Of a DNA stretch of 40,565 bases, positions 34,164 to 40,565 are shown in pieces. The DNA is from a virus (taxonomy: Duplodnaviria > Caudoviricetes), in the IMG/VR virus record IMGVR_UViG_3300044840_000027, positions 1 to 40,565 of that record; one strand, 5' to 3'. How positions within the stretch are numbered: the stretch's first letter is position 1; each line of letters starts with the position of its first letter. Below the pieces are notes generated by a model. The model made no database searches. It saw only the letters and a program-made list of their open reading frames with translations, and was not told the origin of the DNA. Position numbers and translations under genes: made by a program.

Positions 34164-34352
34164 TCACGTCGGCGGGTTAAACGCGCCGTCCTTCCAGTTG
34201 CCGTGATCACTCAGCCGTTCTTGCGGCGGCGTGCCGGCACGCAGGTCGATCAGGTCATCGAAATCCCAGCCGGCCTCCTCGAGGAAGACGACGTGCAGAA
34301 GCGTCTCGAGCTGGGTTCGAAGATCGGGCGGGTCGACGATGACCTTCGCCAT
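34164..34352 (-). CDS. Hypothetical protein
   Basis: AGGAGGT RBS; preceded by GCCGACG/CGTCGGC hairpin. Confidence 0.55.
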   Translation of the reverse strand: MAKVIVDPPDLRTQLETLLHVVFLEEAGWDFDDLIDLRAGTPPQERLSDHGNWKDGAFNPPT

Positions 34353-34432
34353 GCAGACCTCCTCGCCGACGTGTTTCGTCGGCTGGGGTCGAGGAATTAC
34401 GTTGTCCGAGACATAGTCCTAGACGCGGCGAA

Positions 34433-34912
34433 TCATGTCACATCACGGCCAATTTCGCCCGCGAGCGCACCTCGGAGCTTTGCGACACCGCGGCTCATGT
34501 GGCTGCGGACCGTCGAGATTCTCAGGTTGAGCGCCTCGGCGATCGCGGCCCAGCTGCGCCCGTCGTTTCGCAGATCCATGACCTGCAGCTGCCGCGGGGT
34601 GAGGCTGGCCTCGACAACTACGGCGGCGACAGCGTCCTGGAGCTCAGCGGCGGTCAGGTCGACCTGGTCGTCGCTGTTTTCCCACCAGACGACGCCGTCC
34701 CAGTGGGCGATCCAGTATTCGGCGATCTCCTTCGCGGCTGCGACTTCAGGGTCGGCGAGGAAGTGATAGCTCGCAACGGCCGCGGGGAACTTCGTCTCGT
34801 CCGGGACTCGCTTCGGTGCGCTGGTAAAGCCCTGTTCCGCCCGTGTCGCCTTTGGCTTATCGGCTCCACGCTTAATCCCGGCGCGGCGCCGTCTCCTCGT
34901 TCGCTTGGTCAC
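34433..34912 (-). CDS. Sigma-70 region 4 / LuxR-type HTH, candidate late regulator
   Basis: LTPRQLQVMDL..GRSWAAIAEALNLRISTVRSHMSRG; last gene before the late block. Confidence 0.8.
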   Translation of the reverse strand: MTKRTRRRRRAGIKRGADKPKATRAEQGFTSAPKRVPDETKFPAAVASYHFLADPEVAAAKEIAEYWIAHWDGVVWWENSDDQVDLTAAELQDAVAAVVVEASLTPRQLQVMDLRNDGRSWAAIAEALNLRISTVRSHMSRGVAKLRGALAGEIGRDVT

Positions 34913-34960
34913 GCACCGAAGTCAGGCACGGGGGGCCTCTTGGAGATTCCGGCCGAGATC

Positions 34961-35356
34961 TCAGCCACGTGGCACCTCGCTCAGCCAGTGGGCCAGCCAG
35001 TCGCCATGCCGGTCGGTGTGAGCGGCAACCCACCACAGCCATTCGGGCACCCAGGCGCATTTGGCCCGAACCAGCGTGTAGTTGTCTCGGCCCGAGGTGA
35101 AGTAGTCGTCATAGACATCCGAGTGCTCAGCGTTGCGGAGGACAGCCAAGTTCTTCCTCTCGCAGACCTGAGTCCGCCAGCCCCAGCGGGTCCCAATGCA
35201 GGAGGTCCCACAGCAACAACGCCCAGGTCGGCGGTGCCTTCGGCCCTCGCAGAAGAACGGGCCTCGAGGTAGGCGTTTCCTGGTAGAGATGACCCAATTG
35301 AATTGCGGAGATTCGCGCCGCCTTGCGGTCATTCCACAAGAAGCCGCGCACGACAA
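34961..35356 (-). CDS. Hypothetical Cys/Trp-rich protein, frame and start uncertain
   Basis: C-terminal half looks protein-like; competes with overlapping ORF 35127..35411. Confidence 0.3.
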   Translation of the reverse strand: MSCAASCGMTARRRESPQFNWVISTRKRLPRGPFFCEGRRHRRPGRCCCGTSCIGTRWGWRTQVCERKNLAVLRNAEHSDVYDDYFTSGRDNYTLVRAKCAWVPEWLWWVAAHTDRHGDWLAHWLSEVPRG

Positions 35357-35403
35357 TCGGCGGATTCGGCGGGATAGCTCCGCGTCCAGGAGTAGGCAGC
35401 GAC

Positions 35404-36114
35404 TCAGGCACCTCGCACCTCCAACAAGAGGCGATAGGTGGCTTCTTCGCGGGACGCGCCGTGGCCCTCATGGGATACGAGAGGCGAGATCAAGTCGGCG
35501 CGCTGACAGGAAGGATGTTCGTCACAGCGAACAAGAGCAACGCCGTGCGCGCCTTCCTCGCCCAGCATGTCGAGAAGCTGGTCAAGCCGAGGGAGCCAGA
35601 CGCTACCGCCCGCCTCCTTTAGGGCGGGAAGATTGCCGGCACCGAAGGTGTGCATCTGCACGGTTTGATCTCGGGAGGCGAGCTTTACCTCGTGTTGCCG
35701 GAAGTTATCCCATAGGTTGGCGAAGTAGTCCCCCTCGCGAACGGATCGGTCTAGGGGCTGGCGGCGGCAGAGGTCGACGTAGACAGGATCGAACAGTCGA
35801 TTCACCTCCCACGGCCGCGCTGGCTGCGCTGTCCGCCCCCTAATTGTGCCGCTTGTTGAGGCGACCGGCTTCCAGCTCCTGATCTCGTCGCGCATCTCCT
35901 GCTCGCGACCGACGTTAAACGCAGCGTCCATCGGGTGGTGATCGTTGAGCTTGATGCACGCAGGACAGTTGATGTCCGTCTGCATTGGTGAGCGCAATAC
36001 GTCGCCGGTCAATCCGCACGCGGTCGGCGGGTTGCCGATTGCGCCCCAGTGAACGACCTCGCCGGCCGCCTGGCGCACGGCCCATTGCTTCATGCGAGCT
36101 TCGAGTGGTGTCAC
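35404..36114 (-). CDS. Hypothetical protein
   Basis: H..TACG..CPAC motif and WLPRLDQLLDML; 4-nt overlap with upstream gene. Confidence 0.65.
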   Translation of the reverse strand: MTPLEARMKQWAVRQAAGEVVHWGAIGNPPTACGLTGDVLRSPMQTDINCPACIKLNDHHPMDAAFNVGREQEMRDEIRSWKPVASTSGTIRGRTAQPARPWEVNRLFDPVYVDLCRRQPLDRSVREGDYFANLWDNFRQHEVKLASRDQTVQMHTFGAGNLPALKEAGGSVWLPRLDQLLDMLGEEGAHGVALVRCDEHPSCQRADLISPLVSHEGHGASREEATYRLLLEVRGA

Positions 36115-36353
36115 CAGGTCCTCCGGTTGACCAGAAGCCTGCCGTAGTTGTGCAGCACCCAGGCCGCCGCCTCACCGCGCAGCTCCTCCTCAGACGCTGC
36201 GGCGAAGGTCAGACGCCGGATCGTCCCGACGCCTGGCAGCGTCACGTCGACAACCCAGCTGCCGACCCCGTCGGCCGTGAGGTTGTGGATGAAGTAGCCG
36301 ATGTTCAGTGCGCCGTTAGCGTCGCGTCGGAGGTCGATGGTGTGGACGCTCAC
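36111..36353 (-). CDS. Hypothetical protein
   Basis: 4-nt overlaps at both ends. Confidence 0.55.
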   Translation of the reverse strand: MSVHTIDLRRDANGALNIGYFIHNLTADGVGSWVVDVTLPGVGTIRRLTFAAASEEELRGEAAAWVLHNYGRLLVNRRTW

Positions 36354-36592
36354 AGGCGGTCTTCAGCAAGATTGGCGGGCCGCAGTTCCTCTTGTTTGAG
36401 CGCCAGGTTGTGGTCGATTTCGTAGAGCAGTGGGACGCCACTCGGTTCAACCCGGCGGTCCGTTATCCAGCCATACCCATGCACCAGCCAGCCGTGCTCG
36501 AGGTAGACGTACCGCACCTTTGTGCCGACGGGCCACGGCGCGGATGCCTGTCGATTCTGGGTCGTCCCGTTCGTCGATATGGCAGTAGTCAT
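36350..36592 (-). CDS. Hypothetical protein, SH3-like pattern
   Basis: Start re-called to ATG 36592; VGTKVRY..GWIT..YEI..EELRP. Confidence 0.55.
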   Translation of the reverse strand: MTTAISTNGTTQNRQASAPWPVGTKVRYVYLEHGWLVHGYGWITDRRVEPSGVPLLYEIDHNLALKQEELRPANLAEDRL

Positions 36593-36675
36593 CGCGCCCG
36601 TCCCATCCACTGGCCGACAAGAGCGCCGAGACCGAAGGCGACGAGCCCGACCCCGAGGACTACAAGCGGCGTCAT
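36589..36675 (-). CDS. 28-aa single-TM peptide
   Basis: Manual translation MTPLVVLGVGLVAFGLGALVGQWMGRAR; ATGA overlaps at both ends. Confidence 0.6.
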   Translation of the reverse strand: MTPLVVLGVGLVAFGLGALVGQWMGRAR

Positions 36676-36938
36676 CGCGGCTTCTCGCCTCCGAGGTTCC
36701 GGCGGCCCTGGTGGACCTCCGTCGCGACCTGAACGACAAGGTCCCACGCCGCCATCAGCTCCTCGACGTAGGAGCCGTCGTCGTCGCGGATCGTCTCGAG
36801 GACGAGACCGGCGACGCCCGCCTTCGACCCGACCCGGCGGACGACGAGGACCAGAACGTTTCCTGGGAGGAGAGGTGGGAGGACCGCCGGGCCCTCGCCG
36901 TGGGGCGGGGCAGGTCGCTTCCTCGCGAGCTCAGTCAT
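36672..36938 (-). CDS. Hypothetical protein
   Basis: Start re-called to ATG 36938 (ATGA overlap with rusA). Confidence 0.5.
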   Translation of the reverse strand: MTELARKRPAPPHGEGPAVLPPLLPGNVLVLVVRRVGSKAGVAGLVLETIRDDDGSYVEELMAAWDLVVQVATEVHQGRRNLGGEKPR

Positions 36939-37414
36939 GGCCGCCTCGCCGGATCCCAACGCACCGTGACCTGCGCGCCGGACTTAGCCCCGAAGGACTT
37001 ATGCACCTCGCTGAACGCGATCACCTGGCGGTCGTCCTCGAACACGCCGCCGGCGGTGAGCCCGTCGAGCAGCGCTCGCAGCAGCTTGTCCAGGTCGGGC
37101 TGGGTGGTCTTGTAGATCGGCGCTGACGGCAGCAGCCCGCCTCGAGCCCCGTAGTGGCCGGCCGGCCGCAGGAACACGAACGTGACGCCAACCACGACCG
37201 CGCCTGGGATCGGTGGCCGATCTCCCATCACGTCTCGGGCCTCCTGGATGATCGAGTTGCGCCAGTTGCGCAGCTGCGGCGGGTTGTCGTCGACGATCAC
37301 CACGCGCTTGGTGTGCTTGTGCTGGAACGCCCGCTTGGAGCCCTGGCCAGCCGGCTCGCCGGACACCCAGAACTTGAGCACCGTCGGATCGACCAGGTTG
37401 TCCTGCAGGATCAT
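36935..37414 (-). CDS. rusA: RusA Holliday junction resolvase
   Basis: GEPAGQGSK..PDLDKLLRALLDGL..EDDRQV; start re-called to ATG 37414. Confidence 0.93.
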   Translation of the reverse strand: MILQDNLVDPTVLKFWVSGEPAGQGSKRAFQHKHTKRVVIVDDNPPQLRNWRNSIIQEARDVMGDRPPIPGAVVVGVTFVFLRPAGHYGARGGLLPSAPIYKTTQPDLDKLLRALLDGLTAGGVFEDDRQVIAFSEVHKSFGAKSGAQVTVRWDPARRP

Positions 37415-37683
37415 GCCGAGGCCTCTCGGTCGACGCCGGCGGCTCGCGCCGCTACGTAGCAGCTTTGGCACAGGCCCTTGGCGTGATGCTCACGGTCGGG
37501 ATGACACCAGGGCGCCAGTCGACGCCTGGTGCGGTAGACGATCCGCGTGGGCCGCGGGGCAGGGCGCGAGACTGGTCGTGATAGCCGGTGGCGATCGACC
37601 GAGTCGTCGAAGCCGCGGCGGATCCGCGCCTCGTGCTCGAGCAGCGCGTTGATGAAGTCGGCCTCCGCCGATGGTGAGCTCAC
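37411..37683 (-). CDS. Small zinc-finger-like protein
   Basis: CH..HHAKGLCQSCY. Confidence 0.6.
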   Translation of the reverse strand: MSSPSAEADFINALLEHEARIRRGFDDSVDRHRLSRPVSRPAPRPTRIVYRTRRRLAPWCHPDREHHAKGLCQSCYVAARAAGVDREASA

Positions 37684-37892
37684 TGGCTGGACGCCTTCGA
37701 CTTCGCCTTTGCCGTCGCCGCGGTCGCGTAGACGAGCTCGCCGGCGTCGTCATGGACCTCGACCTGGATTCCTGGCCGGTGCAGGGCCCAGACGTCGGCC
37801 AGCGCCTTCGCCTGGGCCAAGCCGGCCACCCGGCCACCGTCCGTGATCACGGTTCCTTCCGCATCCAGGACGGCATAGGTGGGCGACGCCAC
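37680..37892 (-). CDS. Hypothetical protein
   Basis: Operon fit with 4-nt overlap. Confidence 0.5.
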   Translation of the reverse strand: MASPTYAVLDAEGTVITDGGRVAGLAQAKALADVWALHRPGIQVEVHDDAGELVYATAATAKAKSKASSQ

Positions 37893-37896
37893 GCCC

Positions 37897-38760
37897 TTAC
37901 CCGGCCTTCGCGTACATCTTCGCCCAGCCCGACTTGTTGCCGGTCTGCGCGTCCAGCGTCATGAGGTAGGGGACCGAGTCAGTGCCGATGCACATGACCA
38001 GCAAGGTCTGGCCGTCCAGGCTCCAGGTGGCGCTGACACCGCTTCCCTGGCGGGCCTTCGCCCCGAATGACTCCCAGCCCTTGACGAGGATCTCGCTGAG
38101 GCTGCCGGCGACGTGCCACACGGCCTCGTCAGCGCCGACGAGGAAGGCATCGTATCGACCGGGCTGGCTGGGTCGAGGAATGATCTGCATGTTGTTTTGG
38201 CCACCTCCTTGGGCGACGAATTCGGGGCTGCCTGGGGCTGTGAGCACGGCCATCTCGTAGAGGGTCTGGGCCATCGTGGAGCGGTCGTAGTTCTCGTACC
38301 GCCCCTTCCAGATGTTCCACATCACGAAGCTGTCGTCCGGGCGGTGGCTCCACAGGATCGAGGCGTGAGATAGGCCGTTGGCCTCGCCGACGATGTTGTA
38401 GGTCGGGCCGTTGTCGACCCAGCCGGAAATCCCGATCAGTCGCCCAGCTGCGCCCGCTTGATCCGCGAGGTCGAAGTTGAAGTACGGGTGATAGTCGAAG
38501 GTGAAGCCCGGGCACTTGGCCTCGAACCAGGCGATTATTGGGGGCCACTCCGACCCGGCCGCGTGGCTCACCCCGTACACCTCGTCGATGACCTGCTGAG
38601 GGTCGATGTCCGGTCCGCCGGCGGCCATCACCATCTGGGCGGCGGTGGCAGGCAGGCAGTTGCGGTGGGAGTTGTTTCCGGCGTACTGAGTCACCAGCCC
38701 CTCCGCGATCTGGGACTCCGACGGGTCGACGCTGAACCTGTCCGAAGAGTCGAAGCTCAT
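37897..38760 (-). CDS. C39-like papain-fold peptidase with propeller/lectin-type repeats, candidate endolysin
   Basis: Start re-called to ATG 38760; TQY..NCLPATAAQM (Cys), SHASIL (His), MWNIW; C-terminal GRYDAFLVGADEAVWH..WESFG..LVMCIGTDS repeats. Confidence 0.65.
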   Translation of the reverse strand: MSFDSSDRFSVDPSESQIAEGLVTQYAGNNSHRNCLPATAAQMVMAAGGPDIDPQQVIDEVYGVSHAAGSEWPPIIAWFEAKCPGFTFDYHPYFNFDLADQAGAAGRLIGISGWVDNGPTYNIVGEANGLSHASILWSHRPDDSFVMWNIWKGRYENYDRSTMAQTLYEMAVLTAPGSPEFVAQGGGQNNMQIIPRPSQPGRYDAFLVGADEAVWHVAGSLSEILVKGWESFGAKARQGSGVSATWSLDGQTLLVMCIGTDSVPYLMTLDAQTGNKSGWAKMYAKAG

Positions 38761-39662
38761 GCCGCACCTCCTTGCTCGGCGATGACCTCGCCGACGCGCA
38801 TTGCCTTGCCACCGCGGGACGTCGCCGGTCGCTGAGCCTTGAGCCACGCCGAGGTGGCGATCTCCCACGACTCGGCGAAGAAGTTCAGGCTGGCCAGCTG
38901 CTCGCCGGGATGCCTGCTTGCATAGGCGTGCCAGTCCTTTTCGATGACGGGGAGCAGGACCTCATTGGGTGCCGGCGAGCGAGCCATGCCGATGGCGATC
39001 GCCTGCTCGCGCTGGAGCTCGCCGCCGGTCAGCGGCTCACGGAACCGGCCCAGGAAGTCGAGGATCTCGGCCAACCTGGTGTGGTCGACGTCCTCGGGGA
39101 TCCGGGACCTGGTCGGTTCTTTCTTCAGCCCGTTGCCGGCGTCGGCGTTGGCCTCGCGCGTGCGCGCACCGGGCTTAGATCCCTTCCTCTCCGATCCCTT
39201 CCGATCCGCGGGTGCGCGCGCGGAGCGTCGAGAATCCTCGCGAACTTCTCGCGCGGCCTCGCGAATTTCGGGGGGTTCTGGAATACGGGACGGTGACGGG
39301 TGATCGATCTTTTGATGCACGCCCCAGTTCCGCAACTGCACGGCGTTGACCGCACTACGTTCCCGTACTGTCAAACTGCGACCGCGCATTGTCACACTGC
39401 GACCGCGTTGTGTGTCTTCGCCGCCGGCTACTGCATAACGAACAATCATGCCGAGCTGCTCCATCCGGCCCAGCTGGCCCTCGAGGACACTCGGCCGAAT
39501 GCCAGGGAGCCGGTGGGCCAGGTGGTAGGCATTGGTCTTTAGCCGGCCGGCGTCATCAGCGTTGCTGACGAGGCAAATGAAGGCCAGTCGGCCATAAGGG
39601 GATAGCGCCAGGAAGTCGGCCGACTCCCAAATCTCAGGCTTCAGCGACCGGATGCGCGCCAT
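38757..39662 (-). CDS. Phage replication initiator (replisome organiser type)
   Basis: Start re-called to ATG 39662 with GGAGGT; MARIRSLKPEIW..RLAFICL..ADDAGR..NW..HQKID.P.PS. Confidence 0.85.
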   Translation of the reverse strand: MARIRSLKPEIWESADFLALSPYGRLAFICLVSNADDAGRLKTNAYHLAHRLPGIRPSVLEGQLGRMEQLGMIVRYAVAGGEDTQRGRSVTMRGRSLTVRERSAVNAVQLRNWGVHQKIDHPSPSRIPEPPEIREAAREVREDSRRSARAPADRKGSERKGSKPGARTREANADAGNGLKKEPTRSRIPEDVDHTRLAEILDFLGRFREPLTGGELQREQAIAIGMARSPAPNEVLLPVIEKDWHAYASRHPGEQLASLNFFAESWEIATSAWLKAQRPATSRGGKAMRVGEVIAEQGGAA

Positions 39663-39916
39663 CAGCGTGACCTCCATTCGCGGGCGGCCCCGCAGCTGGC
39701 GAAATGATTGAGCCGGAGCTCGCGGCCACTGACTCGAGCCCGCTCGAGGTTCAGCCCAGCCACCACTCGGTAGGTCCCCTCCAACAGGTCGACTTCGATG
39801 TTTCCTTTGGGCGAGTAGCTGGTCTCGATCGGCGCCTTTTTGCCGGTCCGCTCGTGCACCAGGTCGATGACCATCGCGTCGCAGCTTCGACACTTGCGCG
39901 GCAATGAGCGACTCAT
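39662..39916 (-). CDS. Small zinc-binding phage protein
   Basis: CRSC..TGKKAPI..GNI..HFASC. Confidence 0.7.
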   Translation of the reverse strand: MSRSLPRKCRSCDAMVIDLVHERTGKKAPIETSYSPKGNIEVDLLEGTYRVVAGLNLERARVSGRELRLNHFASCGAAREWRSR

Positions 39917-40188
39917 CTCTTAGCCGCCTGCCACGTTCGCTTCATCGGGACGCCGAATGGGTGCGGCCACCTGAGCGTGTCCTGCACCAGCGGCGGATCC
40001 GTTCGTCCGTAGAGGCTCTCTGATGCCACGCCGCTCGGGCTGCACTGGCCGTCCCATTTGTCCTGCCCCCAGGCGCAGACCTTGCCGTGCTCGCACGCAC
40101 CGAGCTGCGCGATGAACGCCACCGTGTGCCGGATCCGCCGACAGCTGAGGCAGCACCACTCCCGCCACTCGAGCGAGTCTTGCGTCAA
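39913..40188 (-). CDS. Cys-rich hypothetical protein
   Basis: Start re-called to TTG 40188 (TTGA overlap); WCCLSC..CEHGKVC. Confidence 0.5.
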   Translation of the reverse strand: MTQDSLEWREWCCLSCRRIRHTVAFIAQLGACEHGKVCAWGQDKWDGQCSPSGVASESLYGRTDPPLVQDTLRWPHPFGVPMKRTWQAAKR

Positions 40189-40565
40189 ACAGGGACGCGC
40201 TCCTTGGCCTCGACCATCGCCTCGAGGAGGCCTAGGGCGCTCTGCTGCAGCTCCTTGATGGGGCTCTTGAACTGGGTGGCGAACCACTCGTCATAGAGCG
40301 GGCGCGAGAAGTCGTAGGCGATGCGGTACGCATCGTCGTAGGACTTCGCCAATCGGAGACGCTCGACGAGCGCAGCGAGGCGAGCGTCTCCGTCCCAGGC
40401 GTCCCAGGCGTCCCCGGCGGCCCCGGCGGCCCAGGCGGCCCCGGCGGCCCAGGCGTCCCAGGCGTCCCCGGCGGCCCCGGCGTCCCAGGCGTCCCCGGCG
40501 GCCCCGGCGGCCCAGGCGGCCCCGGCGGCCCAGGCGTCCCAGGCGTCCCCGGCGACCCCGGCGGC
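40185..40565 (-). CDS. Ala/Gly/Trp/Asp repeat protein, 5' end outside window
   Basis: Manual translation [53 protein letters not shown]. Confidence 0.75.
   Translation of the reverse strand, partial: AAGVAGDAWDAWAAGAAWAAGAAGDAWDAGAAGDAWDAWAAGAAWAAGAAGDAWDAWDGDARLAALVERLRLAKSYDDAYRIAYDFSRPLYDEWFATQFKSPIKELQQSALGLLEAMVEAKERVPV
40393..40565. repeat. 9-bp coding tandem repeat
   Basis: Units CCC(A/C)GGCG(T/G), about 19 copies, running off the window end. Confidence 0.95.

Larger units (their letters stand above)
1..40565. mobile_element. Temperate siphovirus genome, near complete, circularly permuted, apparently excised (attP) form
   Basis: Integrase, attP, Cro/repressor, recombination, replication, packaging, head, tail and holin modules in lambdoid order once the two ends are joined; no recognisable host housekeeping genes. 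Confidence 0.93.

Noticed and set aside
40393-40565. CRISPR array
   Set aside because: Contiguous 9-bp units with no spacers, in-frame coding, and no cas operon

Overview
A near-complete, high-GC temperate siphovirus (long non-contractile tail) genome that reads as the excised or circular form. It carries an unbroken attP candidate (3' part of tRNA-Ser(CGA), 6930-6992) with phage genes on both sides, no recognisable host genes, and both window ends fall inside the early operon. Nearly all genes are on the minus strand. The early block (6192 to 1, continuing 40565 to 34433) has Cro-like HTH, exonuclease-HNH-RecT, an Rmf/CrpP-fold protein, replication initiator, a C39-like peptidase, RusA and a sigma-r4/LuxR regulator. 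The late block (about 32000 to 9137) has HNH, cos, TerS, TerL, portal, a fibre cluster, T4 gp21-like protease, cement, major capsid, neck, twin tail tubes, chaperone frameshift, tape measure, Dit, hub and holin. The only plus-strand block (6321-9045) is repressor-like HTH, a 50-aa peptide missing from the ORF track, attP, tyrosine integrase, a K+ channel and a PH-like protein. Most interesting observations: (1) the peptide and the channel's C-terminal helix share DRLDRLEA and lie on opposite sides of attP; (2) eleven zero-gap in-frame stop-start junctions, ten with TAG; (3) candidate Glu-cleaved leaders on head proteins; (4) apparent ACG and CTG start codons; (5) CpA/TpG depletion largely confined to the virion module. 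Family calls come from motif recognition only; no searches were run.
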